From positions 442,930 to 506,929 of the forward strand of contig JAZJZE010000009.1 in NCBI GenBank assembly GCA_040390065.1: a stretch of 64,000 bases of DNA, written 5' to 3'. The translations under genes were made by a program, and so were the position numbers. The stretch is from a bacterium (lineage in GTDB: Archaea; Thermoplasmatota; E2; JACPAO01; JAHFTW01). Shown here piece by piece: positions 38,165 to 48,249 of the stretch. Under the pieces are notes generated by a model. That model had not been told where the DNA came from. It searched no databases and was given only the letters and a program-made list of their open reading frames with translations. Each line of letters opens with the position of its first letter. The stretch's first letter is position 1.

Positions 38165-39826
38165 CTACGTCCGTGTGTACGCCGCCGTCGTGCCCCAGTG
38201 GCCGACCTCGTGCCATGACGAGAGGAAGCCCGTCGGCAGGCCAGCGGCCGTCGTGTACTTGTCGACGAGGACGACCATGTGGGGATGTTGCCGTAACTCG
38301 TAGTCGCGCACGGTTGGGTCCTGGAAGAAGCCTGGATTGAATTGCGCGTCGCCCGCCGTGAAGGCACGGTAGCCGGTGCGCGCCTGCCACGATCCCGCGA
38401 GCACGTAGTCGGTGCCCCGGTCATGCAGGGCGCCCCACGCCTGCAGGTCATCGCTCTCGTAGATGCGGTACCACGGCGCCGTGGCCATGGCGGTGGGCAC
38501 GGTGAGGGCCAGAGTGAGGGCGACGACGCCGACTGCCAAGCCGGCGCGGGCGCTGCGCTTCGAGTTCGAGGCCATGGCAAAGAGTTCGGCCACGGGTAGG
38601 GCAGCCAGCATCGCAAGCGGGATGGCAAGGTACGCGACGGTGCGGTGCGGGATGTACCAGATGCCGAACCAGTCGACGAGGACGAATGGCAGCATGAACA
38701 GGGCCAAGCCAAGCGCCAGCAGGGAGAACCGGCTGCGGCGCACAATCGCCAGGGCGGCCCCGACGCCGCCAAGCAACAACGCAGGCACCGTCAGCATCGC
38801 AGGGAGGTCGACGAACACCGGAAGCGGGTTGATGGACGAAGGATGGGATGCCAACTGCGCAAGCCGCCCAAACCCGCGCCCGACGACGAGGTCGGCCATG
38901 GCGGGGACGGCGAGAGAGACCAAGCACACCGCAGCGAAGCCGCACGCGGCCAGCACCAGCCGGGTCCGCCACGCGGGCAGGCGGCGCCAGAGCACACAGA
39001 GGGTGAACACGGCCATTGGCAGCAGCAGAAGGGCAACGAGCCACGGGTGCACGACGAGGACGACGGCGCCAAGGACGCCGGCCGTGACGAGCGCGCGCCG
39101 CGAGCCGTCCGCTGCCATGAGGACGGCGAGCAGGAGCCACGGCAGGATTCCTAGGTCGACGGCCGTGGGGAAGAGGATGTCCGTGCGGCGAATCGTCTCG
39201 GGCATGACGGCAAGCAGGGCGGCCGCCGTCAAGGCGCCGGCCGGATGCACGTAGCGGCGGCACAGGACGAACGCGCCGACCACCATGGAGACGCCGAAGA
39301 GCGACGGCAGGAAACGGGCTGCGGCGTAGAACACCGACGGGCCTGCCAAGGCGAAGGGAGCGAGCATGATCTGCAGGCCGGGGGGATAGCTGAAGGAGAA
39401 CTTGCCCTGGAGCAGGTCCCAGGTACGTTCCATGTGGCGGTACGGGTCCTCGGCGCCCATCACGGGGCTGGAGGTCGCATCGACGAGACGCAGCATGAGG
39501 GCCAGCCCAGCGAGGCCCGCCAGCATGAGCCAATGGACCCAACTGGTTCCATCCCCCACCCCGGTGGCCGTCGGATGGGCGGCCATGGGAGTCGCGTGGG
39601 CCATGCTGCCATCGGACATCGGGGCTGGCTGCCTCGTGCCGGCGGTGGGGAAGCTCGCCCCATCCATCGCGGGCGTGGGGGGGTGATGCAGGCCGGACGG
39701 CGCCGGGCGCGTGGCGACGGGCATCGGGGGTGATGAGGCGGGCCTGGCCGGCGAAGCATTTGGCATCGCGGCAGAGACCATTGCAGGTGCGGACGGCTTC
39801 GGTGTGTTGGGCAGTTGGGTGGTCAT
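38165..39826 (-). CDS. Multi-pass membrane protein, GT-C-fold glycosyltransferase-like
   Basis: First-loop EDPYRH and YPPG motifs, about 11-13 TM, small C-terminal soluble domain; ATGA-coupled to the GT2. Confidence 0.65.
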   Translation of the reverse strand: MTTQLPNTPKPSAPAMVSAAMPNASPARPASSPPMPVATRPAPSGLHHPPTPAMDGASFPTAGTRQPAPMSDGSMAHATPMAAHPTATGVGDGTSWVHWLMLAGLAGLALMLRLVDATSSPVMGAEDPYRHMERTWDLLQGKFSFSYPPGLQIMLAPFALAGPSVFYAAARFLPSLFGVSMVVGAFVLCRRYVHPAGALTAAALLAVMPETIRRTDILFPTAVDLGILPWLLLAVLMAADGSRRALVTAGVLGAVVLVVHPWLVALLLLPMAVFTLCVLWRRLPAWRTRLVLAACGFAAVCLVSLAVPAMADLVVGRGFGRLAQLASHPSSINPLPVFVDLPAMLTVPALLLGGVGAALAIVRRSRFSLLALGLALFMLPFVLVDWFGIWYIPHRTVAYLAIPLAMLAALPVAELFAMASNSKRSARAGLAVGVVALTLALTVPTAMATAPWYRIYESDDLQAWGALHDRGTDYVLAGSWQARTGYRAFTAGDAQFNPGFFQDPTVRDYELRQHPHMVVLVDKYTTAAGLPTGFLSSWHEVGHWGTTAAYTRT

Positions 39827-42240
39827 GCATGCACTTCCTGGGGCGGGCTATCTTGGACGAGGAACTCGACTTCGTCGGCGCCGACTGGCAGCGTCGGGGA
39901 CACGGCACCGGCGGCGAGGACGGGTGCGCCGTCTTGCGGGCGCGTGCTGACGAAGGACTTGTAGGCGTAGAGGGGCGCTGCGCTGAACAGGAGTGCGTAG
40001 TAGACCAGCCAGAAGCCAAGCAGCAGATGGCCGACGGCGAGGGCGGCCCCGTGCGGCTCGTTGCCTGTGGCGCTGCGCACCGCGACGGCAACGCACGTCA
40101 GCAGGAGGAGGATCGCCATGACGGATTCGAAGATGGTGATGCGGAGGGCGCGTCGGAACGCCTCGCCGCGGCGCATGGCGTAGGTGGGCGCCTTCGGTGT
40201 GCGCAGGAACGGGATGGAGAACCCAAGAAACGCCTTGAGGGCGGCGCGCGTGTTGGAGAACTTGACGGAGAACCACATGCCCAGGATGCGCAGCGTTCCG
40301 CCGAAGCCGAGGTTGATGCTGCGGCGCAGGACGAAGTGCACGCGCGTCAGCCCATCCAGCAGCAAGAACAAAGGGACGAGGCCGACCAGCATGACCTCGT
40401 CCGTGTGGTGGGTGACGATCTCGAGGCCTGCGGCGTCGGCCACGCCCATGCCCAGCACGAACAGTGAGATGGCGAAGATGAAGGCCCCCTCGAACCAGTT
40501 GAGGTTGCCCACGAGGTAATCCAGGCGCTGGCGGAAGGTGAACCGGCCGAACAGGAACCGTAGGCCGTGGCCTCGCAGGATGCGGCCGCCGCCGAATGCC
40601 CAACGGTAGTGCTGGCGCTTGTAGCCCTCGAACGTCGGCGGAATGAGGCCGCGGCCGTAGGTCTTGTTGACGTAGAGCGAACGCCAGCCTGCGTTCAGTA
40701 GCCGGACCGACAGTTCGGCGTCCTCCGTGATGTACTTCTCGCCCCAGCCGCCCACCTCCTGGACGGCCCGCTTGCGCAGCATCCCCATCGTGCCGCAGAA
40801 GATGATCGAGTTCTCCTCGTTGCGGCTCGGCAGGATCGTGCGATAGAAGTATGCATCAGCAAGATAGTATTGCTCCGTAAGGAACGACTGGTGGCGGTTG
40901 CGGTAATCCTGCGGCGTCTGCAGCCAGCCGAGCTCCGGGTCGACGAAGAAGCCCACGGTGGCACGCAGGAATTCGGGCTCGACGTGGTAGTCGGCGTCGA
41001 CGACGGCGACGAGGTTGGCATCCGGCGGCGTCTGCCGCAGCAGCATGTTGAGCGCCCCGGCCTTGTAGCCGGAACGGTCGCGGCGGTGGAGGTAGGCAAC
41101 CCCGTGGCCCTTGCAGAAGGCACGCAGGGGATTGCGGCAGGCGTCGTCCGTGGAGTCGTCGCCCACCATGATGATGAAGCGGTCCTCCGGGTAGTCGAGG
41201 TCGAGCAGGCGTTGCAGTGTCCCGATGACGAGGTCCGGTGGTTCGTTGTAGGTGGGGACGTGGATCGCGACCTTGGGGAGGTAGTACGGCGAGAACATGG
41301 CCTCCTCGGTCGTGCGCCGCCAGTGCTTGCGGGCCGCGACGTCGATGGTGTAGAAGCTGTACAGCAGGACCATGAGGAGGCTGGCAAGCTCGGCGGCAAA
41401 GAGCGAGTCGGACAGCCAAGCCTGGTCCGGCGGCACGGCCGGCAGCGTGATCGAGGTCGTGTAGAGGATGTAGCCAAGGACCACGAAGAGAAGCGACACG
41501 ATCGTGAGGATGCCGTACAGCCGCCAGGCGTAGCGCGACAAGAGCGCCCCCGCGGCCGCGGCGATGCCGACGAAAAGGAACTCGGCCGGCGAGAACGAAT
41601 AGAGCGCCGTGGCCAGGTGCTCGACACCGTCCTGCGTGTTCGGGATGGAGGGATAGAAGATGATGACGAACGCGACGCAGAAAATGGTGAGGCCTGCGAG
41701 GGCACCGACCAGGCCGCCGGCGAGCATGCGGGCCCCGCGTCGAACCAGGGAGCCACCCGCCGCGTACAGGCCGATGACCGTGCCGGCGACCGCCCCGATG
41801 AGAAGGAACAGGAGGATGGGGTCGTGCCGGTCTGCCACTGCGGCGCGGGCATGCTCGAGGCCCTGGGTCAGGGTGGCAGGTTGGTGCCGGGCCAGCCACA
41901 AGCCGATGTAGCCGCCAAGCGAGACTCCGGCCCCGCAGGCCGTCGCGAGGGCGATGACGATGGTCCGGCCGATTCCGGTCATGATGCCGACCACGAGGCG
42001 GTTGCGTACGAGCAGGCCCGCGACGAGGAAGCCTGCCAAGCCGCCGACGAGGGTGAAATTGGCGGCGGCGCCCGCGAACAAGCCACGGGTGGACAAGTCG
42101 GCGAAACCCTCGGCCAGCGACTGCCCTGGATGTGTTGCCGCCCAGAACGCTGCAAAGCCCAGCGCACCGAGGGCGACTCCGATGACACCCCCGAAGGCCG
42201 CCACGAGGAGCGCGCCTGGTGGACGCGGTGCAGAAGTCAC
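39823..42240 (-). CDS. Processive family-2 glycosyltransferase (cellulose-synthase-like beta-glycan synthase)
   Basis: PTYNE, DDS, KAGALN, DAD, QTPQ, FCGT, TED, QHYRW (D,D,D,QxxRW) plus flanking TM helices. Confidence 0.88.
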   Translation of the reverse strand: MTSAPRPPGALLVAAFGGVIGVALGALGFAAFWAATHPGQSLAEGFADLSTRGLFAGAAANFTLVGGLAGFLVAGLLVRNRLVVGIMTGIGRTIVIALATACGAGVSLGGYIGLWLARHQPATLTQGLEHARAAVADRHDPILLFLLIGAVAGTVIGLYAAGGSLVRRGARMLAGGLVGALAGLTIFCVAFVIIFYPSIPNTQDGVEHLATALYSFSPAEFLFVGIAAAAGALLSRYAWRLYGILTIVSLLFVVLGYILYTTSITLPAVPPDQAWLSDSLFAAELASLLMVLLYSFYTIDVAARKHWRRTTEEAMFSPYYLPKVAIHVPTYNEPPDLVIGTLQRLLDLDYPEDRFIIMVGDDSTDDACRNPLRAFCKGHGVAYLHRRDRSGYKAGALNMLLRQTPPDANLVAVVDADYHVEPEFLRATVGFFVDPELGWLQTPQDYRNRHQSFLTEQYYLADAYFYRTILPSRNEENSIIFCGTMGMLRKRAVQEVGGWGEKYITEDAELSVRLLNAGWRSLYVNKTYGRGLIPPTFEGYKRQHYRWAFGGGRILRGHGLRFLFGRFTFRQRLDYLVGNLNWFEGAFIFAISLFVLGMGVADAAGLEIVTHHTDEVMLVGLVPLFLLLDGLTRVHFVLRRSINLGFGGTLRILGMWFSVKFSNTRAALKAFLGFSIPFLRTPKAPTYAMRRGEAFRRALRITIFESVMAILLLLTCVAVAVRSATGNEPHGAALAVGHLLLGFWLVYYALLFSAAPLYAYKSFVSTRPQDGAPVLAAGAVSPTLPVGADEVEFLVQDSPPQEVHA

Positions 42241-42761
42241 ACGTCCACCTCGAAGTCGCACTCGGGCGCGCCGCGGCCATGGCACGCGATCTCGCGGACG
42301 GCGACGCGGGGACCGAAGACCTCGCGGAACGCCAACTCGACGCCACTGCGCTCACGCGAGCATTCCAAACCTCGCACACCGGCGGTGCAGCTTGCGCATC
42401 CGTACAGGCGCAGGTGCGTGAAGTGGTCGACGGAGCGCAGGAGCCGCGGCTCGCCGAGGTTCATCTCGATGACCCGCGCAAGAGCAAGGTCGACGGGGGG
42501 ATGCGTCGCCGACTGCATGTGCCGGCGCTTGCCCGTCGGGCGGGCCGGTCGGCGCGGCGGCGGCGCGCCCGCGATGGGTCGAAGCTCACGGCTGCCGGGC
42601 CGGGCAGCGCGGCCGGGCCTCTGGCTGCGTTCGGGGAAGAGGTTCTGCAGGACGACGAGAAGGATGATCAGCGACAGGATGGAGAGCCCGCCCACGAGCA
42701 GCAGGATGGCGGAATCGGCGGCCACCTTCTGGATGCCCGTGGGGAGGGCCAGCACCTGCAT
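42237..42761 (-). CDS. Membrane-anchored V4R (4-vinyl reductase) domain protein
   Basis: N-terminal TM, basic linker, LYGCASC...C...VREIACHGRGAPECDFEV. Confidence 0.75.
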   Translation of the reverse strand: MQVLALPTGIQKVAADSAILLLVGGLSILSLIILLVVLQNLFPERSQRPGRAARPGSRELRPIAGAPPPRRPARPTGKRRHMQSATHPPVDLALARVIEMNLGEPRLLRSVDHFTHLRLYGCASCTAGVRGLECSRERSGVELAFREVFGPRVAVREIACHGRGAPECDFEVDV

Positions 42762-43735
42762 CAGGCGCCCTCTTGGCAGACCAGGTGCGTTGCGAAGTCG
42801 TGTGCCTGGAAGGTCCAGTGGACCGGCGGCGGAACCGGGGCGGTGGCGTTGTCCGGGGTTTCCTGGACGATGAGTTCCAGCACCACGGGGCTCGTCTCGC
42901 AGCGGCCGACATGCCCAGGCCACCAGGCCGCCATTGCGTCCCGCGAGAAACCGAGCGTCGCATGGGCGGAGGCGGTGCCGCCGGCCGGGATGCGCAATGT
43001 CGTGTCCGAGGTACCGGAGGCCACGGCGTTGCCGGCAAGGTCGAGGGCGGCATCGATGCCGCGCACCACGACGACATCGGCACCAGGGTTGCGCAGTCGC
43101 AGGTTCACGTCCAGGGATCCGTTTCGCCAGCTGGCCGTGGCCGCGTCGAGGCAGACCTCCGCATGCCCGTCGGCACAGTTGTGCGCAGCGGCCGCGACGG
43201 TGTCCGCCAGGTTTCCCGTCCAAGCGTTGGAGATGGAGAACGGCGGCGACTGGCCCGCGCCTCCATCGGCGACTTCGACGAGGCCCTTGATGGACAGGTC
43301 CGACGATTCGTCTGCGGCCACGTATGCATCCCACCAGGCGGGCACGAAGTTGGCGCCGAGAGGCACGACGAACCACAAAGAGGTCTGCTGGGCGGGGGCC
43401 AGGTCCACGCCCGTCGGCACCTTGGCGGCGGCGATGCTGCGCCCATGCGAGAAGGCTTCGTAGGTCACGGCGGTGGCGCGCCCGGGCATGGTCCCGTTGG
43501 ATTGCAAGACGAGAGTGACCACGATGTGCCGCGCGGCGGGGTCGGTCGTGTCCCAGCGCGCTTGCACGGCAGCCACGCGGAACGCCGAGGGCATCTCCTG
43601 GGACGTCGTGCTGGTCGACGGTACCGAACGCGACTCGGCAGCGGGTCCGCCGTTGCCGGTGTACACGACCACCAGGACGAGGAGGCCGAAGAGGGCCAGG
43701 AAACTGATTAGGACGGCATTCACGAATTGGGTCAA
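42761..43735 (-). CDS. Membrane-anchored protein with two LEA_2/WHy-like domains
   Basis: N-terminal TM; two repeats of (V/L)xLxxxN...Y/I...G..(V/L)x(L/I)xP(A)xxxT...WWxx(Y/H)V. Confidence 0.65.
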   Translation of the reverse strand: MTQFVNAVLISFLALFGLLVLVVVYTGNGGPAAESRSVPSTSTTSQEMPSAFRVAAVQARWDTTDPAARHIVVTLVLQSNGTMPGRATAVTYEAFSHGRSIAAAKVPTGVDLAPAQQTSLWFVVPLGANFVPAWWDAYVAADESSDLSIKGLVEVADGGAGQSPPFSISNAWTGNLADTVAAAAHNCADGHAEVCLDAATASWRNGSLDVNLRLRNPGADVVVVRGIDAALDLAGNAVASGTSDTTLRIPAGGTASAHATLGFSRDAMAAWWPGHVGRCETSPVVLELIVQETPDNATAPVPPPVHWTFQAHDFATHLVCQEGA

Positions 43736-43963
43736 GGGTCATCCCTTTGCGGCGCCTTGCCGGCGGGTCCGCGGCGCGAAGGCCGCGTGCAAGGGCACCA
43801 TCAATGCTGTCCTTTTCGATGGTCCCCCAGATTGAAAGTCTTGTCGAAGACCGCCACTCTCGATTGCCGCAAACAGCAACCCGACGCGCAAACATCCGAT
43901 GGCCGGCCCCGAAAGGGGGCTCCAATCCGCCGTTTCCGTGCGGTTGTTTGCCGTGATGCGAAC

Positions 43964-45052
43964 TCAGCAGCGTACTTGGGCCACCGGCGTGGCGCTGGAG
44001 CCGCGACCATCCGTGATGGCACGGGCACCTGCGGCGTACGCGGCAAGGGCCGCATCACTCGAATCGGCCGGCCAGTCGAGGTCGCGGTGGCTCTCGATCT
44101 CGTACTTGGCATCGTTGAACCACACGAAACCGCGGATGCGGCCGTAGCTGTGGAGTTTGGCATACATGTCGCCAATCCAGGCGGCCTTGTCGCCGCCGCG
44201 CTCGGTCGACGCGGTTTCGGCGATCAACAGCGGTTTTGTCGTCGCGGCTGTGACGGCGCAGTAGGAGTCATGGAAGATGTCGTCGAAGGATTGCCAGCCC
44301 CAGTTCGCATTGGCGCCCCAGTTGTAGCCGTCGATGGCGACGAAGTCCACGTATGCGTCACCGGGATACGCGTTCGTGAAGGTGGCCCCCTGCCCGAGGC
44401 TGAAGTGGTTGACCGCCCAGACGAAGCGGACGTCGCTCCCGCAGCGGTTCGTGAAGGCGTCGTGGACCTTGATCCAGGCGCGGCGGTAGTTGTCGATGGA
44501 GTTCGGCGTGTGGCCCTGGCCGTCCTTCCAAGTGATGCCCCAGGCGAACCAGAATCCGTTCATCTCGTGCAGCGTGCGGACGAGGATGGGTTGTTGCGCG
44601 GCATGGGCGGCCTGGCACGTCCCTTCGGCGAATTCGGCGACGTAGTCGTCCATCGCCATGCGGCGTCCGTCGCGCAGGGGAATCTGCTTGTGGCCGTCGA
44701 GGATGTCGACCGTGGTGAGTCCCTGCGGCTCCCAGGTCAGGACGGGCACGGCGCCACGCGATGCGATGTGGTGCAAGGTGTGGCTGACATTGGCAAACGG
44801 CGTGTTCCAGTCCAGGTAGACGTCCACGACGTCGAGGCGGACGCCTGCCTTGTCTTGGAATTGGTCGATGGCAGGGTTGCCGTCGGCCGGCCAGGAACCC
44901 AGCCAAGCGCCGACCACGACCTCGCCGCTGTCGAGTGCTTCCCAGCCATGGTGATCCGGGAGCCTCCAGAGGACGCAGCCGGAACTCGCGATGGCGAGCG
45001 CGACCTGGATGGCCGCGACGACGGCGATAGGCAGGCGCGCATGCGCGGTCAC
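43964..45052 (-). CDS. Glycoside hydrolase family 26 (beta-mannanase/glucanase-like), possible lipoprotein
   Basis: VLTWEP, acid/base HEMNGFWFAW, YPGDAYVDFVAIDGYNW, nucleophile KPLLIAET; hydrophobic N-terminus ending ASSGC. Confidence 0.88.
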   Translation of the reverse strand: MTAHARLPIAVVAAIQVALAIASSGCVLWRLPDHHGWEALDSGEVVVGAWLGSWPADGNPAIDQFQDKAGVRLDVVDVYLDWNTPFANVSHTLHHIASRGAVPVLTWEPQGLTTVDILDGHKQIPLRDGRRMAMDDYVAEFAEGTCQAAHAAQQPILVRTLHEMNGFWFAWGITWKDGQGHTPNSIDNYRRAWIKVHDAFTNRCGSDVRFVWAVNHFSLGQGATFTNAYPGDAYVDFVAIDGYNWGANANWGWQSFDDIFHDSYCAVTAATTKPLLIAETASTERGGDKAAWIGDMYAKLHSYGRIRGFVWFNDAKYEIESHRDLDWPADSSDAALAAYAAGARAITDGRGSSATPVAQVRC

Positions 45053-45198
45053 GGAGCTTGCAGAGGGCGCCAAACGTTCCTCACCCAAAGTCGAGGGCCG
45101 CCCGATTCGGCCGTTGCGTCGCAGGCAATGGACCATGCAAGGACGGCCGGATGCCGCATGGCCAAGCGTTATGCCGCACCAACGACAGAACAACGGCC

Positions 45199-45366
45199 AT
45201 GGAGCCCAATCCGCGCGAATGCCTGTTCTGCCACGACGACCTGCCCATCGTGCCCGGCGAACCCGTGAACATCGCGTTCTTGTCGCACCTGGAGCGCCGC
45301 GAGGAGTGCGGCGAAGCCTTCGAGGTCTGGAAAAGCAACATGCAATCGGACTATCTGGGCTACTAG
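45199..45366 (+). CDS. Small putative zinc-binding protein (55 aa)
   Basis: CxxC...H...C (CLFC, FLSHL, EECG); TTAT 30 nt upstream. Confidence 0.65.
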   Translation: MEPNPRECLFCHDDLPIVPGEPVNIAFLSHLERREECGEAFEVWKSNMQSDYLGY

Positions 45367-45851
45367 CCAGCCATCGCCCGGATGCGTTCCGGAGCGTGCC
45401 AGTCTAGCAGGAGCGCTGCCACCGCGGGCGGCACATGTTTTCGCCAGGCGGGGTCGTCCTCCGCCATGAGGCGGCGGATCGCGGTGCCCTCCCATTCGTC
45501 GCGGCGCTCAAGGCCCGGTCGCGCGACGTCGACGTGCGCGGCCTCGAAGAGACTCTGCGAGTTGTCGTCGTTGCCGTAGACGCGGTCCACGGCGCCCGTG
45601 ATGGCCAGCAGGTGCGCCACCCAGGCTTCGCGGTCATGGATGTCCGGGACCGCGAAGACCGGCACGCCCGGGAACACAGCCTGCAGCATGGCCTTGCGTT
45701 CCTCGAACGAGAAGGGATTGCGGGCATTCGGTTTGGCGTTCGTCGACCCCACCGCGATGACGACTGTGCCGCATTGCTCGCGCGCCTGTTGGATGAGGTG
45801 GACGTGGCCGATGTGCAGCGGCTGGAAGCGTCCGACGACGAGGCCACGCAT
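45363..45851 (-). CDS. nadM: Nicotinamide-nucleotide adenylyltransferase
   Basis: GRFQPLHIGH, AVGS, NPFSFEERKAM, GTAIRRLM, WRKHVP. Confidence 0.88.
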   Translation of the reverse strand: MRGLVVGRFQPLHIGHVHLIQQAREQCGTVVIAVGSTNAKPNARNPFSFEERKAMLQAVFPGVPVFAVPDIHDREAWVAHLLAITGAVDRVYGNDDNSQSLFEAAHVDVARPGLERRDEWEGTAIRRLMAEDDPAWRKHVPPAVAALLLDWHAPERIRAMAG

Positions 45852-45900
45852 GGTTGCGCCTCCGGATGGAGTCGATGCGTTATGGTCCTTGCCGGCGCCG

Positions 45901-47961
45901 CTAGACCGTCGGAACGGGCTTCGGCGTCTTCACCGCAAGGGATGGGCTGCGGCCCTGCTCGGACTTGGGCGTCATCTCGTTGCGCTGCCCGCCGAGGGCC
46001 TCCAGCTTGCGCAGGAGCTCCTTCTTCTCGGGGCAATCCACCAACGCCGCCTCGAGGACGTCGTTCAAGGTGATGCAGGGGATGACCTTGATCTTGTCGC
46101 GGTACTCGTCCTCGATGAGCACGTCGATGAGGTTCGCCTCGGGGATGAGGACGGTGCGGATGCCAATCTTGGCCGCCGCTTCGATCTTGGCGGTGACCCC
46201 ACCCACCGGCAGGACGCGGCCGTGCACCGACAGCGAACCCGTCATGGCAAGGTCCTGGCGGATCTTGACGCGGCTCATGGCAGACAGCACGGCCGTCGCG
46301 ATGGAGACGCTGGCGGAGTCGCCCTCGACGCCTTCGTGGGCCAGCACGAACTGGATATGCACGTCGTGGTTGGACACGTCCTCGCCGAGGAACTTCTTGA
46401 AGATGGCCGAGATGTTCTGCACGGCCTCCTTGGCGATGTCGCCGAGCTTGCCGGTCGCGATGATCTTGCCTTCGCCGCGGGACGAGGCAGGGGTCACTTC
46501 GGACACGATGGGCATGACGATGCCGGAGTGTTCGCTCATCGAGGCGTCCGCGCTGAAGACGGCCAGCCCGTTGACCATGCCGACGGCGGCGCCTTCGACG
46601 TTGATGAGTTGGTACTTCTGCTTGTGCTCGATGTGGCGGTCGTAGATCTGCTGCTCGAGACTGCGGGCGACCGACTTGGCCTTGAGGATGTGCGCCGCCG
46701 TGGTGACGGTCGCCTGCTCCTCCTTCGCCATGTCGCCGGCCACGCGCACGAGGCCTCCGAGCTCACGAAGCCGGAGGGTGAGCTTGCCTTTCTGGCCGCT
46801 GCGGCGCTGGGCCTCGTGGATGATCTCCGCGACGCCACCCTTGTCGAAGTGGGCGATCTTGCCGTCGCGGTGGACTTCCTGGGCGACGAAGCGGACGAGT
46901 TTACGGCGGTTCTCGTCCGTGTCGTCCATCTGGTCGCGCACGTAGACCTCGTAGCCGTAGCCGCGGATGCGCGAACGCAAGGCGGGATGCATGCCCTGCA
47001 GGGCGTCGACGTTGCCGGCCGCGACCAGGATGAAGTTGCAAGGCACGGGTTCCGTCTTGACCATGGCGCCCGAGCTGCGTTCGCTCTGGCCCGTGATCTG
47101 GAACCGGCGCTCCTGGATGGCCGTGAGAAGATGTTGCTGGCTCTGCAGGCCGAGCGTGTTGATCTCGTCGATGTAGAGAACACCGCGGTTCGCCTTGTGG
47201 ATGGCGCCAGCCTCGACCCGGTCGTGCGCAGGCGTCTCGAGCCCGCCTGCCTGGAACGGGTCATGGCGCACGTCGCCAAGCAGCGCGCCCGAGTGCGCGG
47301 CGGTCGCGTCGATGAAGGGCGCCACTTCGTCCGGGTCGTGCCCGACGAGCAGCTTCGGCGTCATCTGAACGGTGCGGCCGGCGCCCATTGCGGGCGAGCG
47401 GCCGAAGAGGTAGAGCATGAGCGCGATGCCGATGGCGATGAGGGCGATGGTGGCGTTGTGCTGGATGACCGCCAGCCAGATGCCGAGCGCGATGATGCCA
47501 AGCATGAAGATGTTGAGCATGACGCTGCGTTGTTCCTGGCGCTTGCGCGCCTCGAACTTCTGCGCATCGACGATCTCCTTGCCCTTGCCGGCCGGGACGA
47601 CGCGGATGCGCGGCGTGTTCGGGTCCTCCTGGTTGGGGTAGGCGATGACGTCCTCCAGCTCTTCCTTCGGCAGGAATTCGGTCATGGCCCGCGCGAGCAT
47701 GGACTTGCCCGTGCCCGGGTCGCCGATCAGCATGACGTGGCGCTTCTGCTCGCCGGCCTTGCGCACGACGGTGACGGCGTGGTCCTGGCCGATGACCTGC
47801 TCGATGAGCTTCTGGGGGACGGCGATGTCCGCCGTGGTGGTAAATGGCTCCGCCAGGATCCATTCCGAGGGCGGCGGCAGGCTGGCAGCAGGCTCTGGGA
47901 CGGCGACCTTCGTCTGGTTTGAACCGCCCTCCTTGGGGGCAGGAACGGCCGGGTCGCTCAT
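45901..47961 (-). CDS. lonB: Archaeal membrane-bound ATP-dependent protease LonB
   Basis: [18 protein letters not shown] insertion in the AAA domain, catalytic EGDSAS and [10 protein letters not shown]; no intein. Confidence 0.96.
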   Translation of the reverse strand: MSDPAVPAPKEGGSNQTKVAVPEPAASLPPPSEWILAEPFTTTADIAVPQKLIEQVIGQDHAVTVVRKAGEQKRHVMLIGDPGTGKSMLARAMTEFLPKEELEDVIAYPNQEDPNTPRIRVVPAGKGKEIVDAQKFEARKRQEQRSVMLNIFMLGIIALGIWLAVIQHNATIALIAIGIALMLYLFGRSPAMGAGRTVQMTPKLLVGHDPDEVAPFIDATAAHSGALLGDVRHDPFQAGGLETPAHDRVEAGAIHKANRGVLYIDEINTLGLQSQQHLLTAIQERRFQITGQSERSSGAMVKTEPVPCNFILVAAGNVDALQGMHPALRSRIRGYGYEVYVRDQMDDTDENRRKLVRFVAQEVHRDGKIAHFDKGGVAEIIHEAQRRSGQKGKLTLRLRELGGLVRVAGDMAKEEQATVTTAAHILKAKSVARSLEQQIYDRHIEHKQKYQLINVEGAAVGMVNGLAVFSADASMSEHSGIVMPIVSEVTPASSRGEGKIIATGKLGDIAKEAVQNISAIFKKFLGEDVSNHDVHIQFVLAHEGVEGDSASVSIATAVLSAMSRVKIRQDLAMTGSLSVHGRVLPVGGVTAKIEAAAKIGIRTVLIPEANLIDVLIEDEYRDKIKVIPCITLNDVLEAALVDCPEKKELLRKLEALGGQRNEMTPKSEQGRSPSLAVKTPKPVPTV

Positions 47962-48249
47962 GGGGATTTCTTGATGGAGGAAGAACATTTAAGGGCGGAT
48001 GTTGGGGCCAGAAAAGGCCACCGGTGGGGCAAAGCGAAGGCCACCTCGGGGCTGCCCCTGAGCCCCTTTACCTCCTGGCGGCGGATACCCTTCTTGCCTC
48101 GGTCGAAACTCCTGCCGCGGTACAAGAATGGACGTTCGGGCACGACCATTCAACTATCTTGCCAGAAGCCTTATCCCTCCGGAAAGCGCCCACATGGTCT
48201 GGAGTCTTTGGCTCCGCAAGAAAGGACTGCCTGCAAGAGAACTGAAACC

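Noticed and set aside
43890-43955. c-di-GMP-I riboswitch upstream of the glycan synthase operon
   Set aside because: GGCAAAC...GAAA hairpin is present, but the following CGCAAAGC element and P3 arrangement are missing.
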